The notes under the pieces: model-generated
The model's database searches: none
Told to the model about the DNA's origin: nothing
Seen by the model: the letters and a program-made list of their open reading frames with translations, nothing else
Source: a virus
Lineage: Duplodnaviria > Caudoviricetes
Length of the DNA: 41,245 bases
Direction: 5' to 3' (one strand)
IMG/VR virus record: IMGVR_UViG_3300033406_000399
Location: 1-41,245 of that record
Shown: one piece after another, positions 6,759 through 15,059 of the stretch
Position numbering within the stretch: the first letter of the stretch is position 1
Layout of the letters: every line of letters begins with the position of its first letter
Program-made: the position numbers and the translations under genes

Positions 6759-8137
6759 TGGACTTAGATATTGAGCGTCAGGTATTAGCTTGCATGATTG
6801 CTGATAAAAGCTGCCTGGAATCTGGCATATACGATGTTAACCCTGACCATTTTACACAAGACTTTTGCCACGATATATTTTATGGCATCAAAAAAATGTA
6901 CGAGGAAAAGAAGACTGTAAATCCTGTAACGGTAGCGACTGAGTTAAAAGATATAGTCAAGCACAATGGGACTTCGTGGCTACTCTTGAAAGATGGGTTT
7001 TACAGTACGGCGAGTTTCCAGTATTACATAGATCGGCTGCAAAAACTCTTTATTTCCAGGCAAATAGTAATGGTAGCACAGGAGGCTATTCATCGTCTGG
7101 AAGATCAAGAAGATCCGGGCGAGGTTGCCAAGAGTTTCGAGGAGCTCACTTACAAAGTTTCAACCGGTAAAGCTGATGAAATCGTTACGCCCAAGCAATT
7201 AGCAGAGCGGATACTTAACACAGTATCGGAGCGGATGGACAAAAGGTCTAACGGGGGTATAAGTACAAGCTATGTCAGGCTTAACTACGCTTTAAACGGC
7301 GGCTATTTACCGGGGCAGCTAATCATATTTGCGGCACAGACCGGTAAAGGGAAAACGGCATTCGCTATGAACCAGATGCGCGATATTGCGATAACGCAAA
7401 AAATCCCAAGCCTGTATGTTAATACAGAAATGGGCGCGGAGCAAATGGACATAAGAAATGCAGCGATATTGAGCGTGGGGGAATCGTTCACACACACTGA
7501 CCTAGCGGCCGGCAAATTGAGCAACGAACAATTTAACCGGTTGGCGGCATTGCTGGATAAGATGCATACATCAGGATTCTACACGGTAACAGTGCCGGAC
7601 TTGACTATAAATACTTTGATTAGCACAGCGCGGCGGTTTAAAGCCCAGACCGGAATGAAATTTATGATTGTGGACTATGTAGGCCGGATGGATACAGCAG
7701 ATGCAAAGCTTACTGAGTGGCAAGTATATAAGACAATTGCCAAGAAGCTGAAAACCTTGGCACAACAGCTTGAAATAACAATCATAATGCTGGCTCAGGT
7801 TAACGATGATGAGAAGCTTGAAGGGGCCAGAGGGATGAAAAATGAGTGTGACTTATTCGGGTTACTTCGAGAAATGACCTTCGAGGAAATGCAAGAGTGC
7901 CAAAGCCGGTTCAACTATTATCTAGTTTTGGACAAAAACCGTGACGGTGGCAGGGGAAAAGTACCACTTAAATTTATCGGCGAAAGGATGACTTTTAAGG
8001 GGGAAACAGCGGATGAAGTGGCTAGAAGCAAACAAAAATCGGGAACAGATATTGAGGCTACAGCAAGAACGGGAACGGTGGTTAACATTGGCTATTCAGG
8101 GACGCACAAGCGTAAGCGTATGCCGTACGATGATTGA
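6755..8137 (+). CDS. dnaB: DnaB-like replicative helicase
   Basis: AAQTGKGKT Walker A, IVDYV, LAQ.N, KNRDG motifs; DnaB N-domain. Confidence 0.93.
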   Translation: MMDLDIERQVLACMIADKSCLESGIYDVNPDHFTQDFCHDIFYGIKKMYEEKKTVNPVTVATELKDIVKHNGTSWLLLKDGFYSTASFQYYIDRLQKLFISRQIVMVAQEAIHRLEDQEDPGEVAKSFEELTYKVSTGKADEIVTPKQLAERILNTVSERMDKRSNGGISTSYVRLNYALNGGYLPGQLIIFAAQTGKGKTAFAMNQMRDIAITQKIPSLYVNTEMGAEQMDIRNAAILSVGESFTHTDLAAGKLSNEQFNRLAALLDKMHTSGFYTVTVPDLTINTLISTARRFKAQTGMKFMIVDYVGRMDTADAKLTEWQVYKTIAKKLKTLAQQLEITIIMLAQVNDDEKLEGARGMKNECDLFGLLREMTFEEMQECQSRFNYYLVLDKNRDGGRGKVPLKFIGERMTFKGETADEVARSKQKSGTDIEATARTGTVVNIGYSGTHKRKRMPYDD

Positions 8138-8204
8138 TAATATTAACCGGGCGATTGAGACACTGGCAAGGGAGGGCGCGCATGATAACACTGATATTGC
8201 CTGA
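8013..8204 (+). CDS. 63-aa hypothetical protein overlapping the helicase tail
   Basis: AAGGGGG RBS upstream; helical sequence; overlaps the start of the next gene. Confidence 0.55.
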   Translation: MKWLEANKNREQILRLQQERERWLTLAIQGRTSVSVCRTMIDNINRAIETLAREGAHDNTDIA

Positions 8205-8532
8205 TGTACCGCCTAGCCTTAACCGGTGGGCCAGGAAACACTGGCGAAGTCAAAGCGAAATAAAAAAGCGGTGGGAACAAGAAGTATGGGCGGCGGCTGT
8301 CAATGCAAGAGTTAAGGGGTTAAACCTACTCAAAGCAAAAGTACATATCGTTTATGAGTTTAAGACAAATGCGCGCCGAGATAAAGACAATTATACTCCG
8401 AAATTTATAATGGACGGTCTGGTTAAATCGGGGGTAATCGTTGACGACAATGATTCAAACATTGACTTGTCTTGGGAATTGGCTGTGGCTGGCAGCAATG
8501 CGACGAGGATTATGATCGAGGCGGTGAGCTAA
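8182..8532 (+). CDS. RusA-like Holliday junction resolvase
   Basis: PPSLN...RRDKDNY..K.IMDGL...GVIVDDN; start at MITLILP after GGAGG. Confidence 0.8.
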   Translation: MITLILPDVPPSLNRWARKHWRSQSEIKKRWEQEVWAAAVNARVKGLNLLKAKVHIVYEFKTNARRDKDNYTPKFIMDGLVKSGVIVDDNDSNIDLSWELAVAGSNATRIMIEAVS

Positions 8533-8771
8533 TGGACGGTACAGCGGCAACGGCTAAACATTATCAGGCAGCAGAAGTACAGCCGATTGAGATTATGCAG
8601 ATGCACATGACGAAAGAGGAGTTTTGCGGATTTTGCAAAGGCAACATTATCAAATATGTGCTGAGATGTGGTAAGAAAGATGATCCAACGCAGGAGATTG
8701 CAAAAGCGAAGCAATATGCGGAGTGGCTATTTATAGCGCAGACAGGCGGGAAAATTGATCCGTGGGGGTGA
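8532..8771 (+). CDS. DUF3310 / T7 gp1.7-like protein
   Basis: HY......PIE......GFC.GNIIKY..R.GKK......KA..Y motif. Confidence 0.85.
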   Translation: MDGTAATAKHYQAAEVQPIEIMQMHMTKEEFCGFCKGNIIKYVLRCGKKDDPTQEIAKAKQYAEWLFIAQTGGKIDPWG

Positions 8772-8776
8772 GTAGA

Positions 8777-8844
8777 CAAAAAAAGAACAAGGCCACTGGC
8801 TATGGCCTTGCAAGGAGATAAATAAGGAGATTATTTGGGCTGTT
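8777..8844 (-). ncRNA. candidate sigmaG-type sRNA with tandem AUCUCCUU anti-SD motifs
   Basis: Minus-strand GTATA-18-CATAATA (8880..8851); 8-bp stem CAAGGCCA/TGGCCTTG (8788-8810) then U7. Confidence 0.55.
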
Positions 8845-8898
8845 CAGTAATATTATGCCCGGTAAATGCTGGGTTTATACATAGGGGAGGGGTTAGCG

Positions 8899-9084
8899 GT
8901 GATAGATTACGTAATTTTTAAAAAAGATATGTATTGTGATGATGCACTGCATTTTAAGGCAGGTAAAAAATATGAAATTATTGGCGAGGCTGAAGGTAAG
9001 TATGCTGTTTCTTATGGACGAAAAAATGAAATGGAGTGCTGCTTAGTACCTAAAGATTATGATGGTGTAGAAGTTTTTGATTAA
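8899..9084 (+). CDS. small hypothetical protein
   Basis: GGGGAGGGG RBS before GTG. Confidence 0.7.
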   Translation: MIDYVIFKKDMYCDDALHFKAGKKYEIIGEAEGKYAVSYGRKNEMECCLVPKDYDGVEVFD

Positions 9085-9100
9085 GCGCGGAGGGGTTAGC

Positions 9101-9292
9101 GTGAGATATACCAAGCAACAACTTAGAAACGCGATGTACTTACTATTAGATGATGCCTTACCTAAAATTGAGTGCGAAAAAGTCGAAAGAGAAGGCAATT
9201 GGCGTTGTCATAGATGCGATAATTGCATGTTTGAGCAGTATGTGAAGCGAGCAAAGGCAGGAGAACTGCCAATAGTGGAGCGGAGGGGTTAG
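9101..9292 (+). CDS. small Cys-rich protein
   Basis: GGAGGGG RBS; CHRCDNC. Confidence 0.7.
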   Translation: MRYTKQQLRNAMYLLLDDALPKIECEKVEREGNWRCHRCDNCMFEQYVKRAKAGELPIVERRG

Positions 9293-9293
9293 T

Positions 9294-9869
9294 GTGAGAG
9301 AGATTGAGAAAGTGATCAGAGAAAAATGGTTTAAAGATCATATAGCTACATTAACTCAGCATGGAGATTTACAAGTACTGGATTGGGGAAGGCCAGATAG
9401 TATTACACTTTATTGCCGTTATGTTTTTGATGGATCGAAGATGTACATATCTGGTGATATAGGAGAAGCGGTATTTAATTTAACATGGAAGGCTGGAGTT
9501 CATACCTTTGATGATGTTAATATTGGATATTTCAAAAGTAAAATGAGCGCATTCTGCGACGAAAAGATAGACTTTGATTCGGATGAAGCGGTAAAGGGCT
9601 TGCGTGAGTGGCTAAAACGATTAAGAAAAGATCAAATCGATTATGACCACGACCAAATGAAAGACTTATTTGATTTAGCTAGGGGGTGCGAAAATAGGCA
9701 ACAGTGGGGTTGGAGGTTACAAGATCACAGGTATTACTTTATAGAAGAACTTGACCGTGACTATTGGGAATGGATTTACTCGGTTGGAGACGTGATTCCA
9801 GCAAGGGTATACGCTTATTTGATCGGCTTAAAAATGGCATCGGAGCAACTTAGGGAGGCAGTAGCATGA
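9294..9869 (+). CDS. conserved-looking phage protein (191 aa)
   Basis: Long ORF with RBS; ISGDIGEAVF...YF.SK motif. Confidence 0.8.
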   Translation: MREIEKVIREKWFKDHIATLTQHGDLQVLDWGRPDSITLYCRYVFDGSKMYISGDIGEAVFNLTWKAGVHTFDDVNIGYFKSKMSAFCDEKIDFDSDEAVKGLREWLKRLRKDQIDYDHDQMKDLFDLARGCENRQQWGWRLQDHRYYFIEELDRDYWEWIYSVGDVIPARVYAYLIGLKMASEQLREAVA

Positions 9870-10024
9870 GAGAGATTAGCACAAAGGATAAATTGCGGCT
9901 CGGTCAGGCGATATGGGACGTATTTGGAGATAACGGTAATTGCCCACTATTTGATGATTGCCCTGATTGCCCGTTAGACAAAGTTTGCCAGATGGCAATA
10001 GATATTGAAGGTGATAGCAAATGA
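9866..10024 (+). CDS. 52-aa Cys-rich protein
   Basis: GGGAGG RBS, ATGA overlaps at both ends; CPLFDDCPDCPLDKVC. Confidence 0.7.
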   Translation: MREISTKDKLRLGQAIWDVFGDNGNCPLFDDCPDCPLDKVCQMAIDIEGDSK

Positions 10025-10416
10025 GAGAGATAAAGTTCAGGGGATTAAGCATAGATGATCACAGATGGCATTATGGGGATATTGCACATCATGATGGGAA
10101 AGTGTCGTATATTGGACAACATCCGGCAGATGGTTCGATGGTCTGCATTGATTTACAGCCTGAAACTGTGGACCAGTATACCGGGCTGAGAGATAAAAAC
10201 GGCGTTGAGATTTACGAGGGCGATATTGTTACTATGGGCGATGGGAAAGTTCCAACATTGGTTTTCTGGGATGAAAATGATATTACTTTTAAATTCAAAA
10301 ACCTTAAACGGAACGAAGTCCATGATATTAGCAAATATTCATTACGGTTTTTAGGGGAAGTAGTCGGCAATATATACGATAATCCAGAGCTATTAGAAGG
10401 TGATAGCAATGGATGA
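10021..10416 (+). CDS. YopX-family protein
   Basis: MREIKFRG...QYTGLRDKNGVEIYEGDIV...EVVGNIYDNPELLE. Confidence 0.92.
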   Translation: MREIKFRGLSIDDHRWHYGDIAHHDGKVSYIGQHPADGSMVCIDLQPETVDQYTGLRDKNGVEIYEGDIVTMGDGKVPTLVFWDENDITFKFKNLKRNEVHDISKYSLRFLGEVVGNIYDNPELLEGDSNG

Positions 10417-10498
10417 CTGCAAGGCGGCGTGTGTAGCTGATGGGGAATTGTGCCAGTGGTTTTATGTGTGTAGCAAAGGGGGCGCGGACAATGGCTAA
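10409..10498 (+). CDS. 29-aa Cys-rich micro-protein
   Basis: AAGGTGA RBS; MDDCKAACVADGELCQWFYVCSKGGADNG; fills the gap with overlaps on both sides. Confidence 0.5.
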   Translation: MDDCKAACVADGELCQWFYVCSKGGADNG

Positions 10499-10790
10499 GA
10501 TAACGGCTGATGAGGCCAGAACAAAGTTGATGAATCATAACCCGCGAGTGATATATAACGCTCACGCACAAGAAGACCAGATTATTAATTCTATATGGGA
10601 TTTTGATGCAAAAGATATAGCAGACCTAATACGCGCACAGGATGATGCTCTTAATAAAGCAACAAAAATAATGGGCAGAGAGTGTCCAGCAGATTGTGGA
10701 TTAAAACAATGTGGTTGTGCAACATCTGGAACATCTGCGACAAAAAAAGTAAGACAATGCTGGATCGATTATTGGTTAGAGGGGCGGTAA
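10491..10790 (+). CDS. hypothetical protein
   Basis: Start moved to MAKITADE after AAGGGGG. Confidence 0.7.
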   Translation: MAKITADEARTKLMNHNPRVIYNAHAQEDQIINSIWDFDAKDIADLIRAQDDALNKATKIMGRECPADCGLKQCGCATSGTSATKKVRQCWIDYWLEGR

Positions 10791-10793
10791 GTA

Positions 10794-11018
10794 ATGGCTT
10801 TTACTGGATTAGTCAATATTGTAAAACGGAAAAAGCTTTTGCATTGCGGATTTAAAGTTAGACTGGGCGGCGATGTTAAAATCGCAAGCGTTTGCAATAA
10901 TACATGGAATCTAGCAGATGAGGTTTATGAGGATATTTCATCGTCGGTTACTTGCAAGCGTTGTAAAAAGATACTGGAAAAAGCAGACGAGGATGGTTGC
11001 GTAAGAAAGGGGCGGTAG
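10794..11018 (+). CDS. small zinc-finger-like protein
   Basis: H...C...VTCKRC. Confidence 0.7.
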   Translation: MAFTGLVNIVKRKKLLHCGFKVRLGGDVKIASVCNNTWNLADEVYEDISSSVTCKRCKKILEKADEDGCVRKGR

Positions 11019-11020
11019 CG

Positions 11021-11465
11021 ATGGGCAAACGTACACATATATGGGAATACGAAAACAAGGCAGGAGCTGTCGCCGTTAAATGTGCAAAAATGCGGAGTTG
11101 ATCCTATACTTGGGTATCAACTTTTAGGGGATGAAGTTACAGCATTACGCCAGCAGTTACGGCAGGAACAGGCAGATTGCGCGGCTCTGCGTTGGGTTAT
11201 GAGTGTTTATTTTAAATGGCATGTACCTGCGTTTGTTGTAAAGTCGGCTACTTACCGAAAGGTTATGGAAGTTCTTGAATCAACAACAGCCGGAGCCGAC
11301 CTTCTTGCCAAGATTGAGCAGTTAGAGCGTGAGAATAAGGCGTTGCGGTGCTGCGGGAATTGCCAGCATTGTAAATGGGTATATGGGAAAGCAAGATGTA
11401 ATGAAAATTGCGATGTTGACCGTTCGGGGTGGCAACTAGCTGAAAGGCTGGTGAGTAAATGCTGA
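11021..11465 (+). pseudogene. frameshifted phage gene (one extra A at 11086-11090)
   Basis: ATG 11021 with RBS stops at 11101; deleting one A joins it to ORF 11082-11465 and creates KCAKCG. Confidence 0.6.
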
Positions 11466-11614
11466 TTGGTTACGGTAAAAACCATGAATTGATAAAAGCA
11501 ATGCTTAAAAATGAGGAATCGAAGGATACGGATATTTGCCTCATGTGCGGGCAAGAGATACCTAAATCTAAACCAGTAATATTCACACTAAAAAGGCTGG
11601 TGAGCAAGGGTTGA
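11459..11614 (+). CDS. 51-aa hypothetical protein
   Basis: Manual ORF with CLMCG; coupled to neighbours. Confidence 0.6.
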   Translation: MLIGYGKNHELIKAMLKNEESKDTDICLMCGQEIPKSKPVIFTLKRLVSKG

Positions 11615-11784
11615 AAGTTAAATTTATACCTACACACGAATCGAAGAGCCAAAAATTGTTACGTTTACTGCGTGAAAATGATATATCCCCGGTTGAGGCT
11701 TTGGGCTTACTAGAAGAGCCGATGGCCCAACCCAAAAGATATGAAATAGTGGAAACGTGGCGAAGGGCTGGTGAGCAAGGGTGA
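11611..11784 (+). CDS. 57-aa hypothetical protein
   Basis: TTG start overlapping the upstream TGA; manual ORF. Confidence 0.6.
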   Translation: MKVKFIPTHESKSQKLLRLLRENDISPVEALGLLEEPMAQPKRYEIVETWRRAGEQG

Positions 11785-12187
11785 ATAGTGAATCGTTTGA
11801 ACTTTTTGAAGCTATTAAATTGATAAAAAAGATTTATCAGAGTTACGGGCAGAAAAAGCCAGAGCCGATAATGCAGAGGCTGAACTAGATACTGCGCAAA
11901 AAATTGGACAGTTAAACATTGAAAATGAGGAAGAAATAGACATTTTGAAGGCGAAGGTAAAAGTGCTGGTTGGGGCATTGGAAGAAGTTGAAAGGCGATT
12001 AGCAAAGGCATACGAAACCATGAATTTATTTGCTAGTGGTGAAACTATGAAAACATATCGCAGGATAGAACCTACAGACATATTAATCGAAGTATATCAA
12101 GGACTTGCGCCGCTTGTCCAAAGTGTTAGCGAAGCCCTAGCCAAAGCGAAGGAGGCCGATCAAAATGAGCAGAGAGAAGACCGTTGA
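11781..12187 (+). CDS. coiled-coil protein needing a -1 shift at A_AAA_AAG (programmed or mutational)
   Basis: 0-frame from GTG 11781 stops at 11888; -1 frame open from 11819 to 12187. Confidence 0.55.
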
Positions 12188-12497
12188 TGAAGTCAGAGAG
12201 CAATTTTTAGAGTATGTTGTTGCATTAATTAATTACTGGGATAAAAGCGTTGAAGGCACAGCTAGATACAAATTAGAAGGATTAGCGCATTCTTTACTGT
12301 CTACTTTGGATGGTTGCTCTAGTGGTTTACCGAGATTTATTGTTGCTCCTTACCCACATCCTGACGACAAACAATTTTGTATAGAGATTGGCGATGACTA
12401 TTATGCTGAAAACAATAGCAAAATTAAATGCGATATTGCCGGTGGATTGCATGAACAGCTTTGCCGCTATCTTAAAGCAAAGGAGTCCAAGCCGTGA
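12165..12497 (+). CDS. hypothetical phage protein
   Basis: AAGGAGG RBS. Confidence 0.8.
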   Translation: MSREKTVDEVREQFLEYVVALINYWDKSVEGTARYKLEGLAHSLLSTLDGCSSGLPRFIVAPYPHPDDKQFCIEIGDDYYAENNSKIKCDIAGGLHEQLCRYLKAKESKP

Positions 12498-12940
12498 GTA
12501 GGGATGATATTTTGGCAATGAAGCCAGGTAATGAGTTAAATGCGCTTGTGGCCGAGAAGATTATGGGATGGGAATGGCATGATAGAGAGTGGTCAGGTGG
12601 ACCTAAATTCAGCCCGATGTTATGCAGACCTAATTCATGCATTGGACCACAAGCGATACCAGATTACAGCACAGATATTGCGACGGCATGGGAAGTAGTT
12701 CAGGTAATGCCACAACCTTTTATGATTCAAAAATCATATGAAAAAGAATTTTACGAAGAAGAATACGACAAGAACGGGACAATTGGTTTTGAGATTAATT
12801 GGTGTGATAAAGGATACTGCGGTATAGATTATTGCATGGCACAAGAATGTGTTAATAAAAAAATATGGTGCAAAACCGCGCCGGAGGCAATATGCAAGGC
12901 TGCGCTATTGGCTGTAATGGGGGACAAGGTTATTGACTAA
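12494..12940 (+). CDS. phage ABA-sandwich (BC1872-like) protein
   Basis: ELNALVAEKIMGW...YSTDIATAWEVV...APEAICKAALLA. Confidence 0.85.
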   Translation: MSRDDILAMKPGNELNALVAEKIMGWEWHDREWSGGPKFSPMLCRPNSCIGPQAIPDYSTDIATAWEVVQVMPQPFMIQKSYEKEFYEEEYDKNGTIGFEINWCDKGYCGIDYCMAQECVNKKIWCKTAPEAICKAALLAVMGDKVID

Positions 12941-13025
12941 CACACTATACTATCTGCTATGCACTCCGGTAGGTTGGCTGGTGCTGATCGGAGCCGGGGT
13001 GCTGGCGGTAGTAGCAATAAAATAG
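12933..13025 (+). CDS. 30-aa hydrophobic peptide
   Basis: TTG start; MTNTLYYLLCTPVGWLVLIGAGVLAVVAIK; hairpin follows at 13031-13051. Confidence 0.45.
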   Translation: MTNTLYYLLCTPVGWLVLIGAGVLAVVAIK

Positions 13026-13074
13026 ATAAGGGGCGGCTGAATAAGCTGCCCTACACGTGTGGGGAGGGGCAAAT

Positions 13075-13422
13075 ATGAAAAGCTGTATAGCAAGTGATAG
13101 TTACGAAGGGGTATTTGTGTACTATCAGGATGAGATAGAACGCGATGAAGCGTTAGAATATGCAAAAGATGAAATCAAAGATTGGGAGGAAAAGGGCAAG
13201 AGGCTGGAGAGTGTTAGCCTTAGTTTAGATAATGAGGATGTTGTAATTACAGCAAGAGAATGGTCACATATACGGCGTATAAGGCGCATCACCGGCTACT
13301 TGAGCGAGGTAACAAATTTCAACGATGCCAAACGCGCTGAGCTGAGCGACCGGACAAACAATGATAATCAAGAGTACAATTATCCGAGTGACAGAGAAAG
13401 ATATTTAAATAAAATGCTTTGA
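13075..13422 (+). CDS. small protein with NrdD-like C-terminal glycyl-radical motif
   Basis: RIRRITGYLS....FNDAKRAELSDR. Confidence 0.75.
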   Translation: MKSCIASDSYEGVFVYYQDEIERDEALEYAKDEIKDWEEKGKRLESVSLSLDNEDVVITAREWSHIRRIRRITGYLSEVTNFNDAKRAELSDRTNNDNQEYNYPSDRERYLNKML

Positions 13423-13442
13423 TTTTGTGGGGAGGGGTTAGG

Positions 13443-13925
13443 ATGGGAGCAGCATTAAAAATAAACTACCAGGACGAGAACAAACAGGCGGCAAAGTGGC
13501 TTTTGGAGTACCCCGAACGTAGACAGGCTTATTTAGAGAGAATGAACAGTATTCAATTCCTGGGGGCAGTGGTATGCGATGGTATGCCACATGGTACAGA
13601 TACAGGCAGACCGGCAGAAAAGAAGGGCATAAGGTTAGCTGATTTAGACTATGACAAACGATGGATTATAGCTATTGAGATGGCAGAGCAGACATTAAGC
13701 CGGAGAAAGCGAGCCTTTTTAGACATACGGCGCATGGCTGAATTAGTGAAAACATCTACAGGTGGTAGGCCGGGGTGGATAGATTACACGATGTCCCGGT
13801 ATTCGGATTGGCATGAGAGGGAATATGGCTATTGCAATATACCAACTAGACAGACCTTTTATAAATGGTGGGATGAGATGGTTAATATTGTGGTAAGGAT
13901 AGCAATTCGACAGAGTTGTTTATAA
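13443..13925 (+). CDS. late transcription regulator (RinA/ArpU-like position)
   Basis: Last early gene; DGMPHG..TG.PAEKK...LA pattern; followed by a promoter. Confidence 0.7.
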   Translation: MGAALKINYQDENKQAAKWLLEYPERRQAYLERMNSIQFLGAVVCDGMPHGTDTGRPAEKKGIRLADLDYDKRWIIAIEMAEQTLSRRKRAFLDIRRMAELVKTSTGGRPGWIDYTMSRYSDWHEREYGYCNIPTRQTFYKWWDEMVNIVVRIAIRQSCL

Positions 13926-13936
13926 AAATACTTTTG

Positions 13937-13971
13937 TAATTTACCAAAGTCCTAATTTACCGTGGTACTAT
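13937..13971 (+). promoter_or_regulatory. late promoter with upstream direct repeats
   Basis: TAATTTACC at 13937 and 13953; extended -10 TGGTACTAT at 13963-13971; no good -35. Confidence 0.55.
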
Positions 13972-14123
13972 GATAGTGTGCAGAAGCACAAATAATAGAC
14001 CTTGGACCAGGTCTAGTTCTTGCAAAGCGGCCATGTTGTATTCTTAGGCCGCTAATTTTTAAAGTAGAGCCTGACAGCTTATGTTGTTGGGCTTTTATAA
14101 TGCCTAAAAATAGGGGTGATTAT

Positions 14124-14297
14124 ATGCCGACTGTAAAATGCGATAAACGGGATTGCGAGAGACAAGGGACGGATGTGTGCATGGCACCGAGGATTGCACT
14201 TACAAAGGGGAAATGTGATATGTACCAACCTGATCGGCAGACCGCGCTTAATCATGAGCCGGTGCGCAGTGGCAAGAGGGGCAGGGTGCTAAGATGA
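14124..14297 (+). CDS. small Cys-rich protein
   Basis: AGGGGTGA RBS; four Cys. Confidence 0.65.
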   Translation: MPTVKCDKRDCERQGTDVCMAPRIALTKGKCDMYQPDRQTALNHEPVRSGKRGRVLR

Positions 14298-14404
14298 GGC
14301 TGTTATGCTGGTTGGGCTGGCACAAGTGGCTAACATATTTCGGGATGAGATTCTGCGACAGGTGCGGTAAAAAGCAATATAAGCGATATGGTATATGGTC
14401 ATGA
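14294..14404 (+). CDS. DUF1660-like 36-aa protein
   Basis: MRLLCWLGWHKW...CDRCG; ATGA overlaps on both sides. Confidence 0.65.
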   Translation: MRLLCWLGWHKWLTYFGMRFCDRCGKKQYKRYGIWS

Positions 14405-14643
14405 TACCAAAGCCACGCAGGGTAGTGGATAAAAAGCTAATACAGCGTATACATGAGATCGGCTGCTGCGAATATTGCGGGAGCCGTTTTAATTTGCAGG
14501 TGCATCATATCAAGAGCCGGGGCAGCGGAGGCCATGATGTGCCGGAGAATCTTATATTGTTGTGCTATGTGTGCCATAACAAGGTACACGCTGGCAATAT
14601 AGGCCGGGATAAGTTGAGAGAGATTGTGAGGGATAGACAATGA
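14401..14643 (+). CDS. HNH endonuclease near the terminase genes
   Basis: CEYCG...HHIKSRGSGG.D..ENLILLC..CH..VH. Confidence 0.9.
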   Translation: MIPKPRRVVDKKLIQRIHEIGCCEYCGSRFNLQVHHIKSRGSGGHDVPENLILLCYVCHNKVHAGNIGRDKLREIVRDRQ

Positions 14644-14846
14644 AATGGCTTAAAGATTTTATTTGGTTTGTGATAGCGTCGTATGGATTTATGGTTGGAC
14701 ATAGGGGGATTAATTTTTGGGTTACTCTTGTCCCCAAAGGTATATGGTTTTGCAAACAGCAGCACGCATGGAGGAAACTTACACCTAAACAACGCGAAGC
14801 ATGGTATTTGTCGGGCGAGGGAAGGACAATTGACATTGTATGCTAA
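14640..14846 (+). CDS. hypothetical protein
   Basis: Coupled ORF. Confidence 0.6.
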   Translation: MKWLKDFIWFVIASYGFMVGHRGINFWVTLVPKGIWFCKQQHAWRKLTPKQREAWYLSGEGRTIDIVC

Positions 14847-15046
14847 CAGCGACTGAGAGAGCCGAACGCGACCCGGCAGCATTACAGCGGGCATTATTAG
14901 AGATTGAACAAGCGATAGCAGAGCTTGGGCCACAGTTGATTGACGCAAAGATGCGAGCGACTGAGTGTGATTTTGCATTAAAGATACTCAAAGAACGCAA
15001 GAGTGCGTTACAGAGTACATTAAAGAGTTTAGGCAACTGTATTTAA
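14840..15046 (+). CDS. coiled-coil hypothetical protein
   Basis: Coupled ORF, helical. Confidence 0.7.
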   Translation: MLTATERAERDPAALQRALLEIEQAIAELGPQLIDAKMRATECDFALKILKERKSALQSTLKSLGNCI

Positions 15047-15059
15047 AGGTGGTGATAAT

